From Omnitrophica WOR_2 bacterium GWF2_43_52 (GTDB lineage: Bacteria; Omnitrophota; Gorgyraeia; Gygaellales; UBA12090): DNA of 64,000 nt. Both the position numbers and the translations under genes were made by a program. How positions within the stretch are numbered: the stretch's first letter is position 1; every line of letters begins with the position of its first letter. Location of the stretch: positions 248,429 through 312,428 of the forward strand of contig MHGF01000003.1 of NCBI GenBank assembly GCA_001805445.1. Direction: 5' to 3'. The notes under the pieces were generated by a model that was not told the origin of the DNA, did not search any database, and was given only the letters and a program-made list of their open reading frames with translations. Shown here piece after piece: positions 55,789 to 64,000 of the stretch.

Positions 55789-57552
55789 CTACCTTTTAAG
55801 ACAAATTCGGATCGTATTTTGTAGAGAACATATCGCCTTGTAATTTTCCTCGCGATTAGCTTCTATTTCAATAATGGTTGCTCCATTCTTCCCTAAGGCC
55901 TGGCGGTAAGCATCAGTGAATTCCTTTACTACCTTTACCTTGACATAGCCTATCTGAAACATCTTTGCTGCCATCTCAAAACTAAAGGTATGTGCCGCGG
56001 CAAAATATTTCTCAAAGACATTCGGGAATCCGGAAATCGGTAAAAATGAGAAAATCCCGCCTCCGCGGTCATTGATTACGATAATGACAAACGGAGTTTT
56101 CAATTCCTTTAGAAGCGCCAGAGAATTAAGATCGTGGAGAAACGCCAAATCCCCAAGAAGCGCCACTACCGGTTTAGCTAAGCCGTCAGCAAACCCTATT
56201 GCCGAAGCAAGGTTACCGTCAATACCGCTTGCCCCCCGGTTAGCTCCCACACAGCACAAATTCTTATTCACCCCGGCAAACATGTCCATAATCCGAATAG
56301 GCATACTATTAGCCAAAAAGAGCCCTGTTTCCTGAAAGGGTATCTGGCTTATAGCCTGCGCCAAGGCATCAGGAGTAAGCGCTGTTGTTTCTTTCACCCG
56401 CGCGAAAAGGCGTTGAGAAACGCGTTCTGATGCCTTTTGTAACCGCGCGGTAAAATCATTTCTCTTGCGCTGTTTCAAAAACTGCTTGATAGCCCCGCAA
56501 AAATAGGAAACTGAACATTCAACTCGCGTTGTCAGGCAATGTAAAGGGTCATTACGCAAGGGATGATTGAGCACGGTAATATAAGGAAGAGGAGTAATCT
56601 TTTTAATAAACTCATACCAGCGGCTTGAGGTTAATCGTCCTCCCAGATGCAGAACGCCATCAGGTCTATAGCGAGTTACTAAGGCAGGCTCAAGCAGGAG
56701 CTGGTCAAAATAATGAATGATTGAGGCATCTTTACTCTTCAGGCGTAATCCAGAAGTTATGTCAGCAAAAACCGGCCATTGCAGGGTGCGCGCAAGGGCC
56801 AGGACACTCTTTTCCTCTCCACTCTTTAATTTCCCCACGGCGATAATTCCCCGTTTCATCGCGCTAAGCTCTTGAGCGACATTCTTAAGCTCCTTTAATG
56901 ACAACCTTTTCTCATAAGGCTTATAACGCGTAAAGGGGAGGGAATTTTTTAGCCAATGGCTAAGGGACTTTACGTTCCCGGGAGTGAATCCTTTTTCCTT
57001 TATCGGGGTAAGAGGCTCGCGGAACATACAATTAATATGCACAGGGCCGGGATAATTGGCGCGCGCCCGATATACCGCTTGATCAATCGTAGTTAACACC
57101 GCCTCCAAAGGCATCTCTTTTGATGGGCAAGGCATATCAAAGAAAAAACGCGCGTAATCGCCAAAAATCTTCACCTGGTCAATGGTTTGGTTGGCGCCGG
57201 TATTACGCAGTTCAGGGGGGCGGTCAGCCGTCAGGATAATCAAGGGAAGCTTTTTCTTAGATGCCTCAATAATCGCCGGGTAAAAATTGGCAACCGCTGT
57301 GCCTGAGGTCGCGATAAGACAGGCAGTTTTGCCGCTTGAGGCAACATAACCTAAGGCATAATAGGCTAAGCCCCGCTCATCAAAATGGATACAGCTTTTG
57401 GCGCGCTTATTCTCGGCAACCGCGACTACCAGCGGCCCTGAACGCGAACCGGGAGCAATACAAAAATACTCAACCCCGCAGCGCGTTAGCTCCTCAATAA
57501 TAAGCCTTCCCCAGAGATGGTTTATATTTTTTGCTTTAGAAAAACTAACCAT
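55789..57552 (-). CDS. menD: SEPHCHC synthase
   Basis: PGSRS.PL, DER, TSGTAVAN, TADRP.EL, NRGASGIDG, GDLAFLHD; start 57552. Confidence 0.95.
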   Translation of the reverse strand: MVSFSKAKNINHLWGRLIIEELTRCGVEYFCIAPGSRSGPLVVAVAENKRAKSCIHFDERGLAYYALGYVASSGKTACLIATSGTAVANFYPAIIEASKKKLPLIILTADRPPELRNTGANQTIDQVKIFGDYARFFFDMPCPSKEMPLEAVLTTIDQAVYRARANYPGPVHINCMFREPLTPIKEKGFTPGNVKSLSHWLKNSLPFTRYKPYEKRLSLKELKNVAQELSAMKRGIIAVGKLKSGEEKSVLALARTLQWPVFADITSGLRLKSKDASIIHYFDQLLLEPALVTRYRPDGVLHLGGRLTSSRWYEFIKKITPLPYITVLNHPLRNDPLHCLTTRVECSVSYFCGAIKQFLKQRKRNDFTARLQKASERVSQRLFARVKETTALTPDALAQAISQIPFQETGLFLANSMPIRIMDMFAGVNKNLCCVGANRGASGIDGNLASAIGFADGLAKPVVALLGDLAFLHDLNSLALLKELKTPFVIIVINDRGGGIFSFLPISGFPNVFEKYFAAAHTFSFEMAAKMFQIGYVKVKVVKEFTDAYRQALGKNGATIIEIEANREENYKAICSLQNTIRICLKR

Positions 57553-57562
57553 ATATTTTCCC

Positions 57563-58957
57563 TTACGATGAAAGGATTCGGAGGAAAATGCGCTTTTTCT
57601 CTTCAATTTCCTGCCATTCCTCATCCGCGGTTGAGCCTTCCACAATACCGGCACCGGCAAATAAATTCACTGTATTTGCCCGCATCAACGCGCAGCGCAG
57701 GGCAACCGTAAAATCAACACTGGTAGTACCGATATATCCGAAAGCTCCCGCGTACCATCCCCGGTCAAAAGGCTCTACATTGATCAGTGCCTGGAGTACT
57801 TGCTCTGTCGGAGTTCCTCCTACCGCGGGTGTTGGATGAAGCAGAGAGAGAATCTGGGCATCGTCTGTTTCATCTTTCAGGATTCCTTTAAAACGGGTAA
57901 TTAAATGCTGGCCGCTTGAAGCCTTAACTACTGTTGGGGCGTCATCGCTGCTAAAGGAAACGCATAATTTTTGAAAAGCATTTTTAATTGCCTCTGCTAC
58001 AATTTTATGTTCCAAGGCGTCTTTATCAGAAGAAAGCAGTTTTTTCTCAAATGCGGCATCTTCTTCTCCCGAGGCTCCCCGAGGCATTGTCCCTGCAAGG
58101 GCCTCGCTTTCAATCGCGCGGCCGTGACGCGTAAATAAGCGTTCCGGAGATGCTCCAAAAAAGGCATTCCCTGCTTGAGGCTGAAAGTAATAATGAAAGG
58201 AACGGGGCGTTTCTCGCACAAGCTTTCTGAATACAACCAGCGGCTCACTATCAGCAGTAAGCTCTATACATGTTTTGCGCGCTAATACAATCTTCTGATA
58301 CGCCATTTTACCAGATGGCTGAACATGCTCACTGAATAATTGCCGCCACAGGGCCTTATCAGGGAGCATGCGCACGCCCCGTATCGCGGGAATAACCTCA
58401 TTGCCTGATGGTTTTTGCGCAAACGAAAGATTATCAAGCGCGCTCAGATATTCCTCGATTAATGCGCGCGTAACATTCGCAGCTACAATATTACAGGCAA
58501 AAACCGTCTTTTCGTTTTTTGTTATGATTTCAAACTGGGGCAGTAAAAAATAATACGCGCCAAACTCTTTCCATTCTTTTTCCTGTTTTCTTGCGCCACT
58601 ATTCACCCGAGGAGGATAAAAACCTATTCCTCCATAGTAATGCGGCTCATTCCCTGCCAAAGAGAGCTTTTCATGAATAGCTTCGAAAAGTGTATTGTAG
58701 CCAGAGATTGCCTGGCTTCGGATACTATCCGCGGCGCCAAGGCCTGCCATTTCAAAGGTGTTATCCCTGTTAGACCAATATACTTTATACTGGCTTCCTT
58801 GAGCCATAAGCCAGTCAAGGCAGTTAATCCCAGGACAAGGCACTTCAAGGCGAATAATTCCATGAGTATGGATAGGCTGGCCTTCCGAAAGAAGGCTGCG
58901 AATATTGCGCGCTATGCGATCCTTAAAAACCTGGAACAAAATATCGGAAGAATCCAT
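57563..58957 (-). CDS. menF: Isochorismate synthase
   Basis: KIVLAR, GASPERL, ALAGT, K...EH, LHPTPAVGG, RGWYAG, AGAGIV; start 58957 avoids overlap with STAS gene. Confidence 0.92.
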   Translation of the reverse strand: MDSSDILFQVFKDRIARNIRSLLSEGQPIHTHGIIRLEVPCPGINCLDWLMAQGSQYKVYWSNRDNTFEMAGLGAADSIRSQAISGYNTLFEAIHEKLSLAGNEPHYYGGIGFYPPRVNSGARKQEKEWKEFGAYYFLLPQFEIITKNEKTVFACNIVAANVTRALIEEYLSALDNLSFAQKPSGNEVIPAIRGVRMLPDKALWRQLFSEHVQPSGKMAYQKIVLARKTCIELTADSEPLVVFRKLVRETPRSFHYYFQPQAGNAFFGASPERLFTRHGRAIESEALAGTMPRGASGEEDAAFEKKLLSSDKDALEHKIVAEAIKNAFQKLCVSFSSDDAPTVVKASSGQHLITRFKGILKDETDDAQILSLLHPTPAVGGTPTEQVLQALINVEPFDRGWYAGAFGYIGTTSVDFTVALRCALMRANTVNLFAGAGIVEGSTADEEWQEIEEKKRIFLRILSS

Positions 58958-59003
58958 AGTATCATTTGTATGCTTGAAACATAGAGCATCAGGAAAACTG
59001 AAC

Positions 59004-59414
59004 TTATATTTTTTTATTTTTACCGGCTTCCCGATAACGCTTCTCTTCCTTAACCTGGTTCTGAATGATTCCAAAGTAACGGTCAGCATCTTCTCTGTTT
59101 TCAAATATCTGCACATCAGGCAGGGCGTTAACAATTTTAAACACCTTATCAATATGTTCGGGGACACTCGACATCATCATAACCACGCCTTGAGCTTTAG
59201 CCGCTTTACGGATTTCCAGGATCGCGCTAATTCCCATACTGCTTATATAATCCAAGCGCTCAAGGTCAAGCACTATGGCTTTTAACGTCGTACTTAACTG
59301 CGCCTGCGCCTTTTTTCTGAATTCCTCGTACGTCTGAGTATCCAATGAACCGCTCAAAGATATAATCACCACATTCTCTTCTTCCTTCTTTGCTATACTT
59401 ATTTTCAATCCCAT
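59004..59414 (-). CDS. STAS-domain anti-sigma factor antagonist
   Basis: L.GSLD, LDL..LDYISSMG. Confidence 0.9.
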   Translation of the reverse strand: MGLKISIAKKEEENVVIISLSGSLDTQTYEEFRKKAQAQLSTTLKAIVLDLERLDYISSMGISAILEIRKAAKAQGVVMMMSSVPEHIDKVFKIVNALPDVQIFENREDADRYFGIIQNQVKEEKRYREAGKNKKI

Positions 59415-59428
59415 CTTACCCTCCTTTG

Positions 59429-61324
59429 TTATTGACGTGTTATTCCGGGAAATTCAAGCATCAGCGCGGTTACATCATCATGTTGCAACGATTGCTTTTC
59501 AAACGCAGTATGAGACGCTTGTAATTGAGAGAAAATCGTATTTATCTTCTCCTTTCTGTATTTCATAAAAGCCTCTTTGAGGCGGGCAACCCCGAATTCC
59601 TTACCTTTGGAATCCCTTGCCTCTGTCCAGCCATCGGTATACATAAACAATTTATCTCCCAATCCAAAGGGATGCCTGTAAACAGTATAGGCTACATTCT
59701 CCATCAAACCCAGAGGCGGGCCTGAAGCCTCAAGTAACTCATTGATAGTGTCTTTTGCGCTGTCAAAATAAAAAAGCGGCATATGTCCCGCGCACGAGCC
59801 TTCCCAAAAGCCTTCCGCGGCATGTACCACAAGGTACTGCCCCGTCACAAAACGCCCCTTTAAAATAGGATACAAATGATTATTCAAAAGCCTCAAGGCC
59901 TCGCTAGGGTCATACACACCCCTGCCTACCTGGCGCAACAGAGAAATTGCCTGAGCCATAAGCAGCGCCGCGGAAACCCCTTTCCCGCTGACATCAGCAA
60001 TAAAAAAACCAAAGGTATTCTCATCAAGTAAAATAATATCGTAAAAGTCACCGCCTATAAATTTCGCGGGTTTTAAAAAAGTACGGACTTGTATATCAGC
60101 CAAGGTATGCACTTCAGGAGGAAGAAAGCTTTGCTGAATGGATGCGGCTATCTCTAATTCCTTTTCCAGTAACCGCCTTTTTTGGATTTCATCAAAAAAC
60201 TTCATGAGCAAAATAACCGTATAAATAAGCGTAATCCCGGTAAGCGGGAAAAAGAGATCAAGAAAAATACCGCGAAAAGCAAATAAAAACCATGCCCCAA
60301 AGGAATATACCGCTGTCAAGCTAAGCGAATAGAAAAATGCCGCGCGGGGCATAAACTTTAAACAAATGAGTGATGACAGAAGAAAAATTCCAAGCGCAAG
60401 CACCCCCCGGACAAAAGGATGCGCCCTCCTAATAAAAGCTCCGCGTAAAATGCTATCGCAGACGCTGGCTTGAGCGCCAACCATAGGATAAATATTGTCA
60501 AGAGGAGTAGGCTTTAGGTCTACCGTGCCTGTCGCGGTCAAACCCACAAAACAAATTTTATCCTTCAACACACTTAAATCAACAGAGGGTTCATTTCCGT
60601 TTTTTTTAGCCGCATGCGCCTTCAACACCTCCAGATACGAAAAATGCTGAAAGGTGCTTGTCCAGGGGCCGGGATAATTTATCCATAACGCTCCCTCTGA
60701 ATCGAGCGCCTGATGTGCTAATGCTTCTTCCTGCTCCAGGGAATACCCTAACCGTTTAGCTGCCGCTAAAAACCCTAAATAAGGCCAAGATTTATCCTTG
60801 TAGCGTACCCACAGAGGCAGGCGCCTGACTTTTCCATCAGTATCAACAATTATATTAATGTGCCCTACTCCCGCGGCTGCGGCCTTGAATGGCTCAGCCA
60901 CAGCCCCTACGATATCTTGAGCCATAACCTGCCTGGAGCTATTACGCTTTACCTCTTCAAGCTCAAACGCGCAAGGAAGATAGACGTTTGCAGATTGCCT
61001 CATCGCCTCTTTCAAATCATTATCATACTGGCTTTGCTCGCTTAAAAGGATATCAAAAATAATCATGCGGCATCCGCTTTCTGTCAAGGCCTTAATAAGA
61101 GACTCATGAAAATTCCTGGGTATAGGCCACTGGCCTAACGACTTCAGGGTATCATCCGCAATCTCAATGATAACTATTTCCCGGCTTTCCTTCTGCGCAG
61201 GCCTTGTTTTCATTAACATGTCATAGGCAAACATTTCCTGCGGCCTGAATAAATCCCAAACGATAACTGCTAAAATCAAAAAAAACGCAATGACTATATA
61301 CCATGCTACGAATGCGCGCTTCAT
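59429..61324 (-). CDS. CHASE2 sensor + SpoIIE/PP2C phosphatase
   Basis: I.D..L..LGQWP.PR, D.DG.VRR, three TMs, GGDFYD, ADVSGKG, YTDG, DDVT. Confidence 0.92.
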   Translation of the reverse strand: MKRAFVAWYIVIAFFLILAVIVWDLFRPQEMFAYDMLMKTRPAQKESREIVIIEIADDTLKSLGQWPIPRNFHESLIKALTESGCRMIIFDILLSEQSQYDNDLKEAMRQSANVYLPCAFELEEVKRNSSRQVMAQDIVGAVAEPFKAAAAGVGHINIIVDTDGKVRRLPLWVRYKDKSWPYLGFLAAAKRLGYSLEQEEALAHQALDSEGALWINYPGPWTSTFQHFSYLEVLKAHAAKKNGNEPSVDLSVLKDKICFVGLTATGTVDLKPTPLDNIYPMVGAQASVCDSILRGAFIRRAHPFVRGVLALGIFLLSSLICLKFMPRAAFFYSLSLTAVYSFGAWFLFAFRGIFLDLFFPLTGITLIYTVILLMKFFDEIQKRRLLEKELEIAASIQQSFLPPEVHTLADIQVRTFLKPAKFIGGDFYDIILLDENTFGFFIADVSGKGVSAALLMAQAISLLRQVGRGVYDPSEALRLLNNHLYPILKGRFVTGQYLVVHAAEGFWEGSCAGHMPLFYFDSAKDTINELLEASGPPLGLMENVAYTVYRHPFGLGDKLFMYTDGWTEARDSKGKEFGVARLKEAFMKYRKEKINTIFSQLQASHTAFEKQSLQHDDVTALMLEFPGITRQ

Positions 61325-61773
61325 GATTCCTGAGAGAAAAACTTTATCATCTTTACGCCGCTGCCCTTATCATAAAACTCAACCCGGTCCATTAATTTTT
61401 GAATAAGAAAAATACCCCTGCCGGAAGGCACATCGCGCAAATCACGGCGTGTTGGATCAGGAATATTTTCAACATCAAAGCCGTTTCCTTCATCATGTAT
61501 ATCGAGAATTACCCTTTCAGAATTGGCATCAATAGAAACATTCACCAAACGCTGAGGTTCCAGTTTATTGCCATGGCGCATGGCATTTGTTAAAGATTCT
61601 TCTAAAGCCAGCTTAACCTGCAAAGCTTTCTCTTCCAAACCCGTAAGTGCTGCTATTTTCAAGGAAATGCCTTCCACAAAAGGAATAACCTTATTCAAAT
61701 CTGTCGCCAGCTTTTCACTCAGCAAAAAAGAATCAGCCATAAGATTTAGGAAGCTTTCCCGGCTTTGTTGCAT
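61321..61773 (-). CDS. RsbW-like anti-sigma factor / Ser kinase
   Basis: E...NAMRHGN, DEG.GFD, GRGIFLI..LMD. Confidence 0.9.
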   Translation of the reverse strand: MQQSRESFLNLMADSFLLSEKLATDLNKVIPFVEGISLKIAALTGLEEKALQVKLALEESLTNAMRHGNKLEPQRLVNVSIDANSERVILDIHDEGNGFDVENIPDPTRRDLRDVPSGRGIFLIQKLMDRVEFYDKGSGVKMIKFFSQES

Positions 61774-62009
61774 GCATTTTTTGTAATGCTTTTTTCACCA
61801 ATGAGTTCTGATAGATTTTTGCATATTGATTCAATAATACGAATGCAAACTGATTTTAGCGGATGCAGACAGATTATTTTTGTCCGCGACATCCGTAACC
61901 ATCCGTCTGAATCAGTGTATCTAAAAACACAGGTTCATTTAAAACCATATTTTATCTTCAACTCAAAAATTGCAACAAACTTAAGAAACTATCAGATTTA
62001 GCTCTTGCG

Positions 62010-63287
62010 CTAACGAGGCCTTCCCCCTCTTGGAGCGCCTCCCCTACTGCCTCCCTTGCCGCCTGACTGAGCGGAGCCTTTGCCCGAAGGAGTTTTCCCT
62101 TGAGTATTCGAAGACGTACCTTGTCCCTGCATACCGGCTCCTTGCCGCGACGATGGAGGCTGTCCTTTTGATGCAGGGACATTGTCTCTCCTTGCCTTGG
62201 GCTCGGCATTATTCGTCTCATGCCCCTGATTTTGCTCGCGCATTCTTTCACCTTTCGGCATCCTATTCTTTCCTTCAGGGAAACGATCCCTACCCTGGCT
62301 TTCCCTATGCCCTCCGGCTTCACCGCTTACCAAAGGCCTCTCTAACCCTGAAGAGCTCCTTTGGTTTTGTGATTCCTTTTTCTGCTCAAACGAAGGCCTC
62401 TGTCCCTCTAAACTCATCAGAGGCTTACGCCCTCCTTCAGAGTCGTTATCGCGCGCAGAATTAGTTTGAGAATCCAGGCTTGACTTTCTTTCCTGCATAC
62501 GAGTATCTTCATTCGAACCGGGCCCTTCCGGTTTATTTCCCTCGGATCTACCTTGAGAAGAAGATTGCCTTTGTTTCTGGACCTGATCCAGGAAATTCTT
62601 TCGGTCAAACGCAGGGCGTTCCTGGCGCTTTTGTATCGCCTCACCGCCATGCTTATGCACCTCCTGTTTAAGCGCCTGATATTCCTGCCTGCGGGCCTGC
62701 GCGATAGGGCGAAATTGCGAGGGTTTTTCAAACTTATGCACGGTAGTCATTTGGCCGGGGGCCATCACAGTGCGCTCTTTAGAAACCGTACCATCTGATT
62801 CAAAATGGCGCACATACGGCTGGCTGTCAATAGCCTCAACATCTGTTCCCTCTTCGGTTACCTTAGTTACCCAGTCTGTGCCCCTCGCTCCGGAAACCGC
62901 AGTAGGAGTGCGTATCTCAAAGGCACTGCCACTGGGTAAATTACTTATTGTTGAAAAAACCTCTCCCGTAGTCATTTCGAGCTTCTCATCAACGCTAAGG
63001 CTGAGGCTCACTTCGGTATCCTCCTCTAAACGAACCAGGTTAGAATTGTCATCGTTAAACGATAATTCCGCGGAAGAAGAATCGCCGGTTTTAATCGTAT
63101 CACCGGCTTCAAGCATAACCCCTTCCTGAACACCCGTAAAATCATCAGCTTCTTTAAAAAGAACCTCCACGGTGCCAGAATAATGGGTTACTTCAGCCTG
63201 TTGGGCCTGCTGGGCATAGGCTTTCGATAGGAACACAACGAGACACAGAAAAACAAGCATAACTGTAGACGTTATATACTTCTTCAT
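62010..63287 (-). CDS. Secreted FecR-domain protein with long low-complexity tail
   Basis: Signal peptide (AYA), GD.I.TG..S.A.L, TPTAV.G.RGT; ~200-aa G/Q/S/R-rich C-terminus. Confidence 0.8.
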   Translation of the reverse strand: MKKYITSTVMLVFLCLVVFLSKAYAQQAQQAEVTHYSGTVEVLFKEADDFTGVQEGVMLEAGDTIKTGDSSSAELSFNDDNSNLVRLEEDTEVSLSLSVDEKLEMTTGEVFSTISNLPSGSAFEIRTPTAVSGARGTDWVTKVTEEGTDVEAIDSQPYVRHFESDGTVSKERTVMAPGQMTTVHKFEKPSQFRPIAQARRQEYQALKQEVHKHGGEAIQKRQERPAFDRKNFLDQVQKQRQSSSQGRSEGNKPEGPGSNEDTRMQERKSSLDSQTNSARDNDSEGGRKPLMSLEGQRPSFEQKKESQNQRSSSGLERPLVSGEAGGHRESQGRDRFPEGKNRMPKGERMREQNQGHETNNAEPKARRDNVPASKGQPPSSRQGAGMQGQGTSSNTQGKTPSGKGSAQSGGKGGSRGGAPRGGRPR

Positions 63288-63568
63288 AGTATACTCCCTT
63301 TCGGTTTTTCTTGCTCGTTCTAAAATCGCAGATTTTCCCCGGGCCCTGCTTCAATTTAAAAAAAGAAAACGCGCAGAAAGAAATACCCTTAAAAGAGTAT
63401 ACTAATATAGAAGCGTGGATTTTGCAATAGCAAAATTCGGGTTTACGCTGAGGAAAGCTCTGCTTTTATTTTGACTGGTTTAAGAAAAATCTACCTGCGC
63501 TCGTATAGTATAACCTCTTAAACCATTCAATGGCCGTTTGGCGGGTATAAACACTATCTCTTGGAAGA

Positions 63569-64000
63569 TTATACCGAAGGGGTAGCTCTGGCAGTATTAG
63601 ACTGTGGGCCGGTTCCCGTGGCATTAACTGCCTCCACACGGAAACGATACTCAACACCGTTTTGTAAACCGGTAATCGTTGCTCCGCAAACCGCGTTATC
63701 CGTAAAAACCTTGTCAAACAGGCCGCTTGCCGTAGTGCCGTAACGGATACGGTACTGTGTAAGAGGAGTTACGCTGTAAGGCGCCGACCACTGCAAGCTA
63801 ACTAAACCATTGCCTTTGGTTGCCCTAAGGTCAGGGATATATCCGGGCAGCTTCGCGTAACGGCTGACGCTTTGAATTAAAGAGAAATTAGGCGTATGGC
63901 TTCCTGCGGTATCATAACTTTTTAGTTTTTCTTCCAAGATGTCATAACTATCGTTATTAAAATCTGCAAGCTCATGGCTATAGCGTGAGTGGTTATATAA
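63569..64000 (-). CDS. C-terminus of a fibronectin type III domain protein (frame open to window edge)
   Basis: V.L.W..P, Y.I.Y, ITGL.NG..Y.F.V.AVN..G.G..S. Confidence 0.8.
   Translation of the reverse strand, partial: LYNHSRYSHELADFNNDSYDILEEKLKSYDTAGSHTPNFSLIQSVSRYAKLPGYIPDLRATKGNGLVSLQWSAPYSVTPLTQYRIRYGTTASGLFDKVFTDNAVCGATITGLQNGVEYRFRVEAVNATGTGPQSNTARATPSV

Noticed and set aside
58958-59167. N-terminal extension of menF
   Set aside because: Overlaps the STAS gene in another frame; ATG 58957 is more plausible.
61958-62798. Several overlapping ORFs within the FecR tail
   Set aside because: By-products of low-complexity, stop-poor sequence.
1166-63743. Numerous plus-strand ORFs antisense to identified genes
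   Set aside because: No motifs or RBS; they are shadows of well-supported minus-strand genes.

Overview
Bacterial chromosomal window, almost entirely minus-strand genes. It is most likely from Omnitrophota (OP3) in the PVC superphylum: it encodes the PVC signature small basic protein and a large signal-peptide protein of a type I associate with that phylum. Most of it is housekeeping: aroB, aroQ, dgt, thiC/thiE, gmhA, pfkA, accBC, efp, rpsU, tRNA-Gly(CCC), a MoxR-DUF58-Bat cluster, glgP, a classical menaquinone cluster and a FecR/RsbW/CHASE2-SpoIIE/STAS signalling module. The standout is a ~7 kb insert splitting the men cluster between menB and menA. It holds a 1758-aa secreted modular protein bracketed by two toxin-antitoxin pairs. 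The protein has a signal peptide, a GC-rich N-terminal domain and a GC-rich C-terminal GGIDF domain. Between them lie AT-rich cargo modules (HD domain, Nudix/IDI-like domain, two tandem ~240-aa unknown domains), each bounded by a short x-S-S-x-(hydrophobic) linker written with different codons. This suggests a processed polyprotein or cargo-delivery system, which is inference and untested. Intergenic and some coding regions carry many small palindromic elements (REP-like repeats, TA-flanked MITEs, in-frame palindromes). All family calls come from motif reading only; no database search was run.
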